Below, piece after piece: positions 1 through 10,903 of a stretch of 53,209 nt of DNA (positions are counted from its first letter, which is position 1; each line of letters opens with the position of its first letter). This stretch comes from Candidatus Fimimonas sp. (GTDB lineage Bacteria > Bacillota > Clostridia > Christensenellales > CAG-314): contig JAZRHU010000037.1 in the NCBI GenBank assembly GCA_045644945.1, forward strand, positions 1 through 53,209, in the 5' to 3' direction. The notes under the pieces are model-generated. The model saw only the letters and a program-made list of their open reading frames with translations. It made no database searches and was not told the DNA's origin. The position numbers were made by a program, and so were the translations under genes.

Positions 1-336
1 GACGGAACAATCAAGCAAATTACCGAAGACGCTGTTGGCCCATACATTTTGCACGACTACTTTATGTTTATGCTTTTGCGTAAGGGCTTTACTCCAAGCA
101 AAGTTTTTGAACTGGCAAAAATTTCCTTTGAAGGGGACTACACCGCTGACGAAATCTACAAATGGTTGCGCAAATTTATTTGGAGATTCTTCACACAACA
201 ATTCAAGCGTTCTGCCAGCCCCGACTACATCAAGCTTGGCTCGGTAGACCTTTCCGCAAGCGGAATGAATATCCCAAGTGATGCATGCGCAAACGTTTGG
301 CTTGCAGACTTGGAAAAAGTTGCACCACAAAAGTAA
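1..336 (+). CDS. nadE: Glutamine-dependent NAD+ synthetase, C-terminal part (5' end outside window)
   Basis: Frame open from base 1: QITEDAVGPYILHDYF...FIWRFFTQQFKRSASPDYIKLGSVDLS...PSDA, the typical NadE C-terminus. Confidence 0.9.
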   Translation, partial: DGTIKQITEDAVGPYILHDYFMFMLLRKGFTPSKVFELAKISFEGDYTADEIYKWLRKFIWRFFTQQFKRSASPDYIKLGSVDLSASGMNIPSDACANVWLADLEKVAPQK

Positions 337-351
337 AAGCAGGTAAACAAT

Positions 352-1020
352 ATGAGAATGAGACTAAAAAAGCACCTCGAGGAGCGTATTGCCGACTGTG
401 GCAATATGTTGGTTGCAAGAGAGGGCTCACTATTTTACACACTAACTGACGAACAAAAAACACAAAAACTTGATCTAACAACAATCTTTGGCAACAACAA
501 TCCATTGTACTTGGAGCTTGGTTGTGGCAAGGGCGCATTTGCCATCAAATCGGCAAAATTGTATCCCGAACGCAACTACCTTGCAATGGAAAAACTATCC
601 AACGTTATTGTTGTTGGTTGCGAGGAAGCTTACAAGGAAAACATCACAAACTTGCGCTTTATGAACGGACATGCGGAAAACCTACGTTTTTGGCTAGATG
701 ACAAAAGCGTTACGGAAATCATTTTGAATTTTTCCTGCCCATTTCCCAAAAAGACATACGCCAACCGTCGCATGACAAGCGAAAAGTACTTGGAAGTGTA
801 CAAACACTTGCTAACTGATGACGGAATCATTCGTCAAAAGACAGACGACCTTGCATTTTTTGAGTGGTCGATGGAAAGCTACAAAGCACACGGCTACGAA
901 GTGTTTGACGTGACCTACGATTTGCCACTTGGTGGAGATAACGTTACTACCGAATACGAAGAAAAATTCCGTTCCGTCGGCAAAAAGATTTACGCTTGCA
1001 AAGCAAGACCTATCAAGTAG
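352..1020 (+). CDS. trmB: tRNA (guanine-N7)-methyltransferase
   Basis: MRMRLKK start, LELGCGKG SAM motif, LNFSCPFPKK..RRMT, KTDD, TTEYEEKF. Confidence 0.95.
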   Translation: MRMRLKKHLEERIADCGNMLVAREGSLFYTLTDEQKTQKLDLTTIFGNNNPLYLELGCGKGAFAIKSAKLYPERNYLAMEKLSNVIVVGCEEAYKENITNLRFMNGHAENLRFWLDDKSVTEIILNFSCPFPKKTYANRRMTSEKYLEVYKHLLTDDGIIRQKTDDLAFFEWSMESYKAHGYEVFDVTYDLPLGGDNVTTEYEEKFRSVGKKIYACKARPIK

Positions 1021-1119
1021 TTGCACCGCTAACAGCTTGGTTAAATAGCTTAGCCAATGATCACTCTTGGTTGAACCAATTGGCCAAACGGAATACCAAA
1101 ATTTAAATTGTTGAATAAA

Positions 1120-1149
1120 AAAAACTCTCGAAGCAATTCGAGAGTTTTT
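1120..1149. terminator. Bidirectional intrinsic terminator
   Basis: AAAAACTCTCGAA-gcaa-TTCGAGAGTTTTT between convergent genes. Confidence 0.85.
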
Positions 1150-1217
1150 GTTTTATAGATAGGTTATGCCTACAAGTTGAACACTTGTAGATACATTGTG
1201 CGACAATCGGCAACAGG

Positions 1218-2240
1218 TTAAATTTTGTAAATCTTGGTTAGGTTTTTGCAGTCGGTTGTTTGAATAACAAAGTTACCCATTTGTACTTGCGGATTTTCCT
1301 TTGAGCCGAACATCACGAAAAATTGACTAATGATATGGTTTTTGTAAAATACAGCATTGTAAGCATTTACTGCCAAAATTTTGCAAGGAACATCGCATAT
1401 CACATCATTTTTAACCAATGCACTTTGTATTGTTTGCTCTGCATTGTTATAGAATTTTGCAAGGGCATCTTTGGTTGAATACTGCGATTGGCACTTGTGT
1501 GGAACAACACTTTTCAACAAACTTTCGCCAAAAGGTATGGGTGTAAAACCATCGTCAAATGCAATGTCATTTTGCATCAAAACATACAACAATAATGCGC
1601 CAATATCGTAGCAAACAATGCGAATAGGGAACAATTTGTTTGCATCCGTGATACCTTGTTGCATCGCCAATAGTCTTTGTTCGAACAACTGTGTCGAAAG
1701 TTGCTTTAGGCACATCAGTTCAACATAGTCGGCGGAGCCTTCCATTTGTTCGATACATGCTTCGTAGTGATACTCGTATGGGAAGTTTTCTGCGCGATAC
1801 TTACGCATGCCAAGCAATTGAGCATACACATTGCTATCAAATTGTTGCAACAAACTACAAAGCAGGTGATTTTCTGCTAGTTTTAGGTCTAAATTTGCCT
1901 CGCTGTAGTTGTAGTTACACAATGCATCCAACTCGTCAGGAAAACAACACTTGCCACGCACTGATTGGAATCCATGGAACATTTCGTGCACTATTTTTGA
2001 AGCCAAAACAACTGAGTCCATTTCATGTTGCAAATACCAAATAGCGACACGTTCGCCTTTGTACTCGATGCAGGTGTTAGCCAAAAATTCGCCAGTTTTG
2101 GGAATGTAGTTGCCATCAAAAAAGCACTCGGTATCGGTGTACAAAGCAAACTTAAGTGGCTCAAAACCATTCCAAAGTTTCGAGAAATCCAGTTTTTCTA
2201 TTTGGTTTTTAACTTCAAAATATATTTTGTCTAATTGCAT
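1218..2240 (-). CDS. Hypothetical protein with gluzincin-like metallopeptidase motif
   Basis: 340 aa; IVHEMFHGFQ (HExxH) plus downstream EGSADYVE. Confidence 0.65.
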   Translation of the reverse strand: MQLDKIYFEVKNQIEKLDFSKLWNGFEPLKFALYTDTECFFDGNYIPKTGEFLANTCIEYKGERVAIWYLQHEMDSVVLASKIVHEMFHGFQSVRGKCCFPDELDALCNYNYSEANLDLKLAENHLLCSLLQQFDSNVYAQLLGMRKYRAENFPYEYHYEACIEQMEGSADYVELMCLKQLSTQLFEQRLLAMQQGITDANKLFPIRIVCYDIGALLLYVLMQNDIAFDDGFTPIPFGESLLKSVVPHKCQSQYSTKDALAKFYNNAEQTIQSALVKNDVICDVPCKILAVNAYNAVFYKNHIISQFFVMFGSKENPQVQMGNFVIQTTDCKNLTKIYKI

Positions 2241-2347
2241 ACTGGAGTCCTGTTAAATAGTTGTTAGATACCTTGTTTTTGCCAAGTGTAGCCTGCAATG
2301 ATTACTGCTTACTTACGATGCATTTCGAACGTTGCGTAAAGAGTTTG

Positions 2348-4843
2348 TTAATTGTTTGCCTTGGTAGTGGTATCAACAAAACCAATTACCTTTTCTACCA
2401 CAATCGCACCACGCTTGCCTTGTGGTAGCTTGCCCTTGTGGTTTTTGCCTTCGACAGATACGTCTGCTGGATCAATCACAAGTGTGTTTGCCTTGTCGAA
2501 GATGGCAATCTTGGCGTGATTTTGTGCAACGTAGTTAGCGTACACGATGTGTGTTCCATTTACGCCAAACTCGATACCCTTGGCACCCTTGCAATTACGA
2601 GCGTGTTTTGTGATTTCCATAACGTCAAGGCGCTTGAGGTAGCCCTTGTTTGTTACCATAACTACGCAATTACCCTTGGTTGCTTGAACTTGTCCGCCAA
2701 ACATAACGTACTCGTCATCGGCCAAGTTGATGCAGTGTACACCACCGGCAACTCTGCCTTGGAGTGGCACTTCGGACACGTCAAATCTTGTGCAACCGCC
2801 ACGGTTAGTAACAAAGAAGATTTCCGCACCTTCGCGTACTGCTTCGACGTGGAATACCTCGTCGCCATCCTTGCCCTTGAAGCCTTGGAAAACAGGTTTG
2901 AGCAATTGATACTCCTCCCAACTGGAGCGCTTGATAAAGCCTTGACGAGTGTAGATTAGTAACTCGCCTTGTGGCATAGCATCACGTGGCATCACAAACA
3001 TTGCAACGGGTACTTCGCCACTTTGTGCAGCAGGGAACAACTTGGAAAGTTTCAAACCGTTGTCGCGATACTTGATTTCCGGCATCTTGTCGATATCAAT
3101 GCGGAAGCAGTTACCAAGGTTACTGAAGAACATTGCCTTTTGGTCGGTTTTTGCTTCGATGGCACTTGTCAAGATTTCACTCGAGTCGGAGTTGGTTGCA
3201 TCCTTTGTTGTCATGTTGAAGTTTTTGATTGGGATACGCTTGATTGTGTAGTCCGCAGTGATACCCAAAACAACAGTTTCAACAGGTTTTTCGTCCGTTT
3301 CGCTTGGAACAATTGCATCCTTTTCCGTCTTGCACATTTCACTACGGCGACCAACCTTGTAAGCACGTTTGATAGCGGAAAGTTCCGTTTTGATAAGTTC
3401 CATTTGCTCGCGCTTGCTGTTGATGATAACTTGCAATCTTGCAATTGTACGTTGTAATTCCTCAAGCTCGTTGACGAGTTTGTTTACTTCCAACTTGGTG
3501 ATGCGAGCAAGGCGCAAATCCAAAATTGCTTGCGCTTGGCGTTCACTAAGATCAAATGCTTGTCTAAGTTTTGTGCGTGCATCCGCTGTGGAAGCGGCGT
3601 TTTTGATAATTTTGATTACTTCGTCGATGTTTTGTACAGCAATAACAAGACCTTCGACAATGTGTGCACGTTCCTTGGCTTGTTCAAATTCGTACTTGGA
3701 ACGGCGCAAAATAACTTCGCGTTGGTAGTTTACATAGTAGGCAATGATATCCAACAAGCCCATTAGTTGTGGTTTACCATCGGCAATGGCGACCATGTTG
3801 ATACCGTAGGACATCTCTAGTTGAGAGTGTTTGTACAAGAGTGCCACCATCTTTTGAGGGTCGCAATCCTTGCGCAATTTGATTACTGCGCGCATACCTT
3901 CCTTGTCGCTTTCGTCAACAATTTCCGCAATACCAGCAAACAAATCCTTTTTGTCGTCCTTCAATGCGCCAATTTTGACAAGCAAGTCGGACTTGGAAAT
4001 GCCGTAGGGGATTTCTGTAATAACAATATTGCGCTTGTCACCAGTAGCAACTTCGATGTGCATCTTTGCACGAATAATAATTTTGCCCTTGCCAGTTTCG
4101 TATGCTTGCTCAAGACCTTCGCCTGGCAAAATGTAGCCACCAGTTGGGAAGTCTGGGCCTTTGATGATTTTCATCATTTGTTGCAATGTGATGTGTCTGT
4201 TGTCGATGTAGGCAATGGTACCATCGATAACCTCGCAGAAGTTGTGAGGAGGAATGTTGGTTGCAAGACCAACGGCAATACCACTTGCACCATTTACAAG
4301 CAAGTTGGGGTAACGACCAGGAAGCATGTCTGGTTCCTTGGTGGTATCGTCAAAGTTGTTGGAAAAGTGGACTGTGTCCTTGTCGATATCGCGCAAAAGT
4401 TCCACAGCCATTGGGGAGAGTTTTGCTTCGGTGTAACGCATGGCGGCAGCAGAGTCACCATCGATGTTACCAAAGTTACCTTGACCAATGATCAAAGGAA
4501 CGTTCATAACGTGTGGTTGAGCCATACGCACCATTGCATCGTAGATGGATGAGTCGCCATGTGGGTGGTAACGGCCCATGCAGTCGCCGACAATACGTGC
4601 AGACTTGCGAGTTGGTTTGTCAGGCAAGTTGCCTTGCTCGTACATAGAATACAAAATACGACGTTGAACTGGTTTGAGACCATCTTCAACACGTGGCAAA
4701 GCGCGATCCAAAATTACGTGCTCAGCGTAAGGCATCATGGATTCGTGCATTACCACTTCCATTGGCTTGGTAAGAAGGTTACTGCCATCTGCCAACTTTT
4801 CGACATCGCCATTGTTCAAGCCAAAAATATCTACTTGTTTCAT
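2348..4843 (-). CDS. parC: Type IIA topoisomerase A subunit (GyrA/ParC family), probably topoisomerase IV ParC
   Basis: [26 protein letters not shown] catalytic Tyr, beta-pinwheel CTD; no canonical QxRGGKG GyrA-box in the first blade; GGAGG RBS. Confidence 0.8.
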   Translation of the reverse strand: MKQVDIFGLNNGDVEKLADGSNLLTKPMEVVMHESMMPYAEHVILDRALPRVEDGLKPVQRRILYSMYEQGNLPDKPTRKSARIVGDCMGRYHPHGDSSIYDAMVRMAQPHVMNVPLIIGQGNFGNIDGDSAAAMRYTEAKLSPMAVELLRDIDKDTVHFSNNFDDTTKEPDMLPGRYPNLLVNGASGIAVGLATNIPPHNFCEVIDGTIAYIDNRHITLQQMMKIIKGPDFPTGGYILPGEGLEQAYETGKGKIIIRAKMHIEVATGDKRNIVITEIPYGISKSDLLVKIGALKDDKKDLFAGIAEIVDESDKEGMRAVIKLRKDCDPQKMVALLYKHSQLEMSYGINMVAIADGKPQLMGLLDIIAYYVNYQREVILRRSKYEFEQAKERAHIVEGLVIAVQNIDEVIKIIKNAASTADARTKLRQAFDLSERQAQAILDLRLARITKLEVNKLVNELEELQRTIARLQVIINSKREQMELIKTELSAIKRAYKVGRRSEMCKTEKDAIVPSETDEKPVETVVLGITADYTIKRIPIKNFNMTTKDATNSDSSEILTSAIEAKTDQKAMFFSNLGNCFRIDIDKMPEIKYRDNGLKLSKLFPAAQSGEVPVAMFVMPRDAMPQGELLIYTRQGFIKRSSWEEYQLLKPVFQGFKGKDGDEVFHVEAVREGAEIFFVTNRGGCTRFDVSEVPLQGRVAGGVHCINLADDEYVMFGGQVQATKGNCVVMVTNKGYLKRLDVMEITKHARNCKGAKGIEFGVNGTHIVYANYVAQNHAKIAIFDKANTLVIDPADVSVEGKNHKGKLPQGKRGAIVVEKVIGFVDTTTKANN

Positions 4844-4857
4844 TACGGTTTTCCTCC

Positions 4858-6825
4858 TTACTTAAGTTTATCGAAGATTGCGTCTTTGTCTTGGTTGAAG
4901 TCGGCGTTATCGATGATGTACGCTTTGCGGGCATCAACTTGATCGCCCATCAAAGTTGTTACCATACGTTCTGCCTCAGCAAAGTCGTCAATGGTTACTC
5001 GCATCAATGTGCGAGTGTCTGGATTCATTGTTGTTTCCCAAAGTTGTTCGGCGTTCATTTCGCCAAGACCTTTGTAGCGTTGTAGTTCGTAGCCCTTGCC
5101 AAACTCTTGCACTATTTCTTGCAATTCGTTGTCGTCGTAGGCATATCTAACTTTGTCCTTTTTGGATACTTTGTACAATGGTGGCATACCAATGTACACG
5201 TGACCATCGGTGATGAGTTGCCTCATGTATCTAAAGAAGAATGTAAGCAAAATCGCTCTGATGTGTGCACCGTCTTGGTCAGCATCGGAAAGAATGATGA
5301 TTTTGTCGTACTTGAGGTCGTCGATATTGAAGTCTTCCTCGCCAATACCAGTGTCCAATGCGGAAATAAGTGAGCGGATTTCTTCGTTGGCAAGCACTTG
5401 GTCGATGCGTTTGCGTTCGGCATTTAGTGGCTTACCACGAAGTGGCAAAATTGCTTGGAAACGACGGTTTCGAGCTTGTTTTGCAGAGCCACCAGCGGAG
5501 TCGCCTTCGACAATGAACAATTCGTTTTTGGATGCATCGCGACCGGTGCAACTTGCAAGCTTGCCAAGCAAAGTGGAGTTGAAAATACTGTTCTTTTGAC
5601 GAGTAACTTCCTTGGCCTTGCGAGCAGCCTCTCTAACCTTGGCAGAAGCAATAGATTTTTTGATGATAGCTTCAGATACGGATGCTGTTTTTGCAAGCAA
5701 TTGTGCAAGACCTTCGGTAGCAAGCGCTTCGCAAGCAACACGTGCTTCCACATTACCAAGCTTTGTTTTTGTTTGGCCTTCGAATTGCACGTTTGCCATC
5801 TTAACGGACATAACCAAAGTGATGCCTTCGCGGAAGTCTTCGCCAATAAGGTTGTCGTCCTTGGCCTTTAAAAATCCTTTTGTGCGCGCGTAGTCATTGA
5901 AAACCTTTGTCATTGCGGTTTTCAAGCCAGTTTCGTGCATACCACCTTCGCCTGTGGGGATGTTATTTACGTAAGAAATAAAGTTTTCGGTGTAGCTATT
6001 TGTAAATTGGAAGGCAAACTCCAACTCGAGTGTATCATTTTTGCCAGTCCAGTACAATGGATGAGCATGCAAAGCAGACTTGTTTTCGTTGAGGTACTTT
6101 ACAAAGTCTGCAAGACCACCTTGGTAGCAGAAACTTTCGAATTTAGTACCACCATTTTCGTCGGCGCTGTTTTCGTCCGTCAAAGTGAATGTGATACCCT
6201 TGTTCAAAAAAGCAAGTTCCTTCAAGCGCTTGGAAATAACGTCGTAGTCCATCTTGATAGTCTTAAACACGCGTGCATCGGGCATAAATGTGATGGTAGA
6301 ACCATGCTTTTTTGTCTTGCCAACGCGAGTTAGGCTGTCAATAGGTACACCACTAGATACTTTTTCCGTTTTGGGATCCATTGGACTGTGGAAGTGTTGG
6401 ATATACTCGTAGCCATCCTTGTAGACTGTTACTGTAAGCCACTCGGAAAGGGCATTGGTTACACTTGCACCAACGCCATGCAAACCACCAGAGTAGCTAT
6501 AGTTGTCGTTATTAAATTTACCACCAGCGTGCAATTGAGTAAATACAACCTCTACGCCAGATACTCCCAATTGTGGATGTTTGTCTACGGGGATACCACG
6601 ACCATTGTCCGCAACTGTTACACTACCATCGACGTTGAGAGTAACGTCTACTTTAGTTGCAAAGCCGTTGGTTGCTTCGTCAACGGCATTGTCGACGATT
6701 TCCCACAAGAGGTGATGCAAACCTTTGGATCCAGTTGTACCAATGTACATACCTGGACGCATACGTACGGCATCCAAGCCCTCGAGTACTTGAATATCAC
6801 TTGCGCCATAAGAAATTTTGCTCAC
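4858..6825 (-). CDS. parE: Type IIA topoisomerase B subunit (GyrB/ParE family), probably ParE
   Basis: [50 protein letters not shown]; GTG start with GGAGG RBS. Confidence 0.8.
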   Translation of the reverse strand: MSKISYGASDIQVLEGLDAVRMRPGMYIGTTGSKGLHHLLWEIVDNAVDEATNGFATKVDVTLNVDGSVTVADNGRGIPVDKHPQLGVSGVEVVFTQLHAGGKFNNDNYSYSGGLHGVGASVTNALSEWLTVTVYKDGYEYIQHFHSPMDPKTEKVSSGVPIDSLTRVGKTKKHGSTITFMPDARVFKTIKMDYDVISKRLKELAFLNKGITFTLTDENSADENGGTKFESFCYQGGLADFVKYLNENKSALHAHPLYWTGKNDTLELEFAFQFTNSYTENFISYVNNIPTGEGGMHETGLKTAMTKVFNDYARTKGFLKAKDDNLIGEDFREGITLVMSVKMANVQFEGQTKTKLGNVEARVACEALATEGLAQLLAKTASVSEAIIKKSIASAKVREAARKAKEVTRQKNSIFNSTLLGKLASCTGRDASKNELFIVEGDSAGGSAKQARNRRFQAILPLRGKPLNAERKRIDQVLANEEIRSLISALDTGIGEEDFNIDDLKYDKIIILSDADQDGAHIRAILLTFFFRYMRQLITDGHVYIGMPPLYKVSKKDKVRYAYDDNELQEIVQEFGKGYELQRYKGLGEMNAEQLWETTMNPDTRTLMRVTIDDFAEAERMVTTLMGDQVDARKAYIIDNADFNQDKDAIFDKLK

Positions 6826-7008
6826 GATTTATACCTCCAATTATCTTTTGTTATTTGGAAATTTGACCGAAATTATGCTCGGTCGAAACAAATTATTGTA
6901 AATGTAAGTTTGGCGATTACAGACAAAAAAACATTTAGATAAACATACTAGATGATTTGTCGTACGCCAAAAGTAGCCCCTGCTAGAAAGGTGGCACTTT
7001 ACTAGGAT

Positions 7009-7037
7009 ATTATAGCACAAATCAATTATTTTTGCAA
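7009..7037 (-). promoter_or_regulatory. SigA promoter of parE-parC
   Basis: TTGCAA-17 nt-TATAAT with extended -10 TG. Confidence 0.75.
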
Positions 7038-7204
7038 TACTTTTACTAATATTTATTCATATAATTTTTGCAAATTTCTTGCAGTTATATATTTATTTAT
7101 AAATATATAAAATTTTATGTCCGCTTTGCAATTTAGTGGTATTTATACATTTTTATGCATAAATACTAGCTTTGTACAAAATGGCAAGCTGATTGACTTG
7201 CAAC

Positions 7205-7232
7205 AAAAAAAACGGCGGAAATCCGCCGTTTT
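7205..7232 (-). terminator. Intrinsic terminator of lysophospholipase gene
   Basis: AAAACGGCGGA-aa-TCCGCCGTTTT with long T tract on the minus strand. Confidence 0.85.
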
Positions 7233-7256
7233 AAAATGCATTTTTGCTATTTAGTT

Positions 7257-8165
7257 TTACTTTTGCAACACTTGCTCAATCCAGTTTGCAACATCGTCAT
7301 AAACTTGTTGCTTGCAAAGTGGCTCGTTCAAAATTTCGTGGCGAGCACCATCGTATAAATGAGTTGTAACGTCCGTCAAGCCAACCTTTTTGAGGTAGAA
7401 CTTTTCCAACTTTTTGACACCCTTGCCGTAGTTGCCAACAGGGTCTTGATCGCCAGCGATGATCAACAATGGCTTGTTTTCTATCAGGCCATACTTATCT
7501 CTCTTGTAAAGACGAGAGATACCACCCATAAATGTACGATAGAAGTTTGCCGAACAGGTGTAGCCACACATTGGGTCGTCGTTGTACTTTTTAACTTCGT
7601 CAGCATCACGATTGAGCCAAGCGCTTGTGCCAGGGAATTTCTTTTCGTACATCTTAAATGACAAGTTTACAATCATTTGCGCAGGATATCTGCCACCCTT
7701 GTTTTTGCACATACTTTTTGCGATAAGTCCGCAAAGGTCAAAGCTGATATCTTTCATGTAGTTGGAGCCACACAAAATGTAGCCAGAAACATTTGGCGGA
7801 TATTCCTCCATCACCGCTTGAGTGATAAAACTTCCGTAGCTGTGACCCATCATGACAACTGGCAAATTGTAGGTTTGCTTGCAGTAGTCTATCAAGGCAA
7901 TTTGGTCGTTGACGTTGTTTGTCCACATGTCGCCATCTTCGTAACCAAGACTATCTGGCTCGGCAGTTAGGCCGTGTCCGCGATGGTCGTTCATCACTAC
8001 GATAAAACCCTTGCTATTGAGATATTGCGCAAAGTGGTCGTAACGCGCAGAGTGCTCCGCCATGCCATGGGCAATTTTTACCACCGCTTTTGGCTCTTGA
8101 ACATTATCCCAAACGTAGAGCGCTACTTTTTTGCCATCATGAGAGGTAAATTGACTTTGTTTCAT
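7257..8165 (-). CDS. Alpha/beta hydrolase, lysophospholipase/monoglyceride lipase family
   Basis: HGMAEHSARY, DHRGHG, GHSYG nucleophile, GDQD, ARHEILNE; start moved to ATG 8165 behind AGGAGG. Confidence 0.9.
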   Translation of the reverse strand: MKQSQFTSHDGKKVALYVWDNVQEPKAVVKIAHGMAEHSARYDHFAQYLNSKGFIVVMNDHRGHGLTAEPDSLGYEDGDMWTNNVNDQIALIDYCKQTYNLPVVMMGHSYGSFITQAVMEEYPPNVSGYILCGSNYMKDISFDLCGLIAKSMCKNKGGRYPAQMIVNLSFKMYEKKFPGTSAWLNRDADEVKKYNDDPMCGYTCSANFYRTFMGGISRLYKRDKYGLIENKPLLIIAGDQDPVGNYGKGVKKLEKFYLKKVGLTDVTTHLYDGARHEILNEPLCKQQVYDDVANWIEQVLQK

Positions 8166-8349
8166 TGCAAAAATCCTCCTTGGATTGTTAGTAAAATTGT
8201 ACACCACCGCAATAGCAAAGTCAATAGACATTTTGATTTTTCTGCATTAACTTTACGAATTATCATACACTACACTTAGCTCAAAACCGCAAATACCTTT
8301 GGGATACCACAACCAATTGAACAAATTTTACAAATGCGATAATTTACCT

Positions 8350-8376
8350 ATATTTTGCACTCAAAACACATAAACT
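8350..8376 (+). promoter_or_regulatory. Candidate SigE-type (mother-cell) promoter of murG, leaderless geometry
   Basis: ATATT-14 nt-CATAAACT, 6 nt before ATG, no Shine-Dalgarno. Confidence 0.5.
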
Positions 8377-8382
8377 AAATAT

Positions 8383-9402
8383 ATGAAAATAGTATTTTGT
8401 GGTGGCGGGACGGCAGGTCACGTAACGCCCAACTTTGCATTGATGGAAAAACTACACGGCAACGAGATGCACTACATTGGCACAAATGGTATGGAAAAAC
8501 GCTTGGTTGCGCCCTACGTAAACAACGGCACAATCAAAGGATACCACCAAATTACCGCAGGTAAACTAAAACGAAAGTTGGCACTATCCAACCTTTTGTT
8601 GCCATTTACCTTGGCAAAAAGCATACGTCAAGCCAAACGACACCTAAAAAGGCTTGCGCCAGACGTTGTGTTTAGCAAAGGCGGATTTGTTGGTTTGCCT
8701 GTCGTTATAGCCTCAAAACAACTAAAAATCCCCACCATTGTGCACGAAAGTGACATGTCACTTGGCCTTGCAAACAAAATTTCCAGTTGGTACGCAACAA
8801 AACTACTAACAACTTTTCCTTGTAGCAAAAAGGGAGAGGCTTTTGGAGCAATCGTAAGAGAGTCAATTCTTCAAGGAAACAGACAAAAAGGCATCGAAAC
8901 AATGGGCTTTGACGGCAAAAAGCCAATTTTGCTTGTTATGGGTGGAAGCCTTGGCGCAGGCGCATTGAATGATGCCATTTGCAACAATGCACAACTTGCA
9001 AGCACCTTTGATATTTTTGTTATCACAGGTAAAGGCAAGCAAATTGATTGCAACTTTGTGCGTCAGATGGAGTTTGTATCTAATATTGCAGACATTCTGG
9101 CAGCAGTTGACATTTGTTTAACACGTGCAGGAAGCAATAGTTTGGTAGAACTAACCCTTGCCAATGTGCCATTTGTAGCTGTGCCACTAACAAAAGGCTC
9201 ACGTGGAGAGCAGGTAAAAAATGCCAAATGGTTTACCAACAAGGGTTGCGGAGTGTATCTTGATGAAGCAAAGCTAACCAACCTTGCAACCACACTACTG
9301 ACGTTACACCACAACCGCAACGCCATTGTTGCCAAACAAAAACAATGTGAATATCTCAACGGCACCGATAAAGTTGTGGAAGAAATACTAAAATATAAAT
9401 AA
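8383..9402 (+). CDS. murG: Lipid II GlcNAc transferase MurG
   Basis: GGGTAGHV, SKGGFV, HESD..GLAN, GGSLGA, RAGSNS, EQ..NA. Confidence 0.92.
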   Translation: MKIVFCGGGTAGHVTPNFALMEKLHGNEMHYIGTNGMEKRLVAPYVNNGTIKGYHQITAGKLKRKLALSNLLLPFTLAKSIRQAKRHLKRLAPDVVFSKGGFVGLPVVIASKQLKIPTIVHESDMSLGLANKISSWYATKLLTTFPCSKKGEAFGAIVRESILQGNRQKGIETMGFDGKKPILLVMGGSLGAGALNDAICNNAQLASTFDIFVITGKGKQIDCNFVRQMEFVSNIADILAAVDICLTRAGSNSLVELTLANVPFVAVPLTKGSRGEQVKNAKWFTNKGCGVYLDEAKLTNLATTLLTLHHNRNAIVAKQKQCEYLNGTDKVVEEILKYK

Positions 9403-9403
9403 A

Positions 9404-9437
9404 AAAAACGCCCTACGTTTGTTTACGGGGCGTTTTT
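9404..9437. terminator. Bidirectional intrinsic terminator
   Basis: AAAAACGCCCT...GGGGCGTTTTT between convergent murG and NUDIX gene. Confidence 0.75.
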
Positions 9438-9452
9438 CGATATTCAAATTTA

Positions 9453-9878
9453 CTATTCAATCTCTTTAACAATTGCCTTGACATTATCGTAACTGCATTT
9501 TTGTAAAAATTCCGATATTTCCATCCATTGAACGGATATCATGCGTTTTTCTTTGGCAATTGGTTGACCTTCGCTTTCAACTTCGAACAAAAATGGCGCA
9601 ATTGTCTTTTGCACAAGTTTGTTAGATGGCGTGGAAAATTGATAAGAATACGGCGTCAATGCCTTGACCATGTTTTCCTCTGTCAAAACAATGTTTGTCT
9701 CTTCAAAACACTCCCTAATGGCCGTTTGAAGGAGTGTTTCGCCCTGCTCGTTGTGACCTTTGGGCAAAGATAACACGTTTCTTCCATAGATATCTTCCAC
9801 CGTGGCAAGAATTTTGCCCTTGCAAAGCACCACAGCCATGGCGCTTTGCTCAATGCTATCGAATTGTTCGTTTTCCAT
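9453..9878 (-). CDS. NUDIX hydrolase
   Basis: Nudix box LPKGHNEQGETLLQTAIRECFEETNI; AAGGAG RBS. Confidence 0.9.
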   Translation of the reverse strand: MENEQFDSIEQSAMAVVLCKGKILATVEDIYGRNVLSLPKGHNEQGETLLQTAIRECFEETNIVLTEENMVKALTPYSYQFSTPSNKLVQKTIAPFLFEVESEGQPIAKEKRMISVQWMEISEFLQKCSYDNVKAIVKEIE

Positions 9879-9928
9879 TAAGGCTCTCCTTTTATGCGAT
9901 ATTGCATTCCATAATCATAAAAAAATTA

Positions 9929-10849
9929 TCAATCGTCGCCGTAGTTATGATCCATAACCAATTGGCATCTTTCTACCAGGTCTTGACGTAGTCGCAATGG
10001 TTTTTCCACGCGCACACCAAGGCCCAATGAAAGAATTTTGCTAATAAGCAGTTCATCGTAGGGCAAGGTTGCTTTGGCAATGTAGGTATCGCCAAGGCGA
10101 GCAACGCTATTAACACCCAACCACTCCTCACAGGCGGAAAGCGCCGATGGGTGCACAGACAAAATTACTTCGCACATTTCTTTGTCCTTCAAAATGTCCG
10201 TTTGAATTACGCTTGGATCAGCATGGTACTCACGGCCAACAAAGTGGTCGCCAAGCGTCATTTTGACAATACGCGCCACCTTGAAATATCTAAAGCCCCT
10301 GCGCAAACGGCAAAAACAGTACACGTACCAAGCGCCATCTTTCAAAATAAGACAGTATGGCTCAACCATACGCACGGTGTTTACGCCATCCTTGGAGTGG
10401 TACTCAATTTCGCAAAGCACCTTTTGCGCAATACAATCGGAAAGTTGCGGAATAAGATCGCGTACAGAGTAGTCTACACTGTCCACCATAAACTGGTCTG
10501 TTCTAAGCACGTTGGCACCTGTGTGAGAACGCTTGAGGCCTTGCAACTTTTGTATTGCTTGCTTGGTTACTTCGTCTTGAAGAGTGGAACTTTGCAAGCA
10601 GAAGATAACCCTTTCGTACTCGTCTTCGGTAAAATAGGTAGCTTTCAGTTTGTAGGTATCAATGATACCCCATCCGCCATTGCGACCAAAGGAAGACATG
10701 ATTGGTATGCCACCCTCGGAAAGAGTTGCAACATAGCGATAGACGGTGCGTTTGGAAATTTCGAATTTTTCCGCAAGTTCGTTTGCGGTTACAAGCTTGT
10801 CTGTTGACAAAAGTGTTGATAAAATACCTACCAAAACTGGGATTTGCAT
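9929..10849 (-). CDS. YafY-family HTH-WYL-WCX transcriptional regulator
   Basis: TANELAEKFEISKRTVYRYV HTH, GRNGGW, RMVEPYCL...WYVYCFC..R..FRYFKVARI WYL domain; ATG 10849 with GAAAGGAG RBS. Confidence 0.93.
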   Translation of the reverse strand: MQIPVLVGILSTLLSTDKLVTANELAEKFEISKRTVYRYVATLSEGGIPIMSSFGRNGGWGIIDTYKLKATYFTEDEYERVIFCLQSSTLQDEVTKQAIQKLQGLKRSHTGANVLRTDQFMVDSVDYSVRDLIPQLSDCIAQKVLCEIEYHSKDGVNTVRMVEPYCLILKDGAWYVYCFCRLRRGFRYFKVARIVKMTLGDHFVGREYHADPSVIQTDILKDKEMCEVILSVHPSALSACEEWLGVNSVARLGDTYIAKATLPYDELLISKILSLGLGVRVEKPLRLRQDLVERCQLVMDHNYGDD

Positions 10850-10903
10850 GGCGTTACTCCTTTCGATGTTTTGACAACATTTTCGTTGTGTGACTATATT
10901 ATA

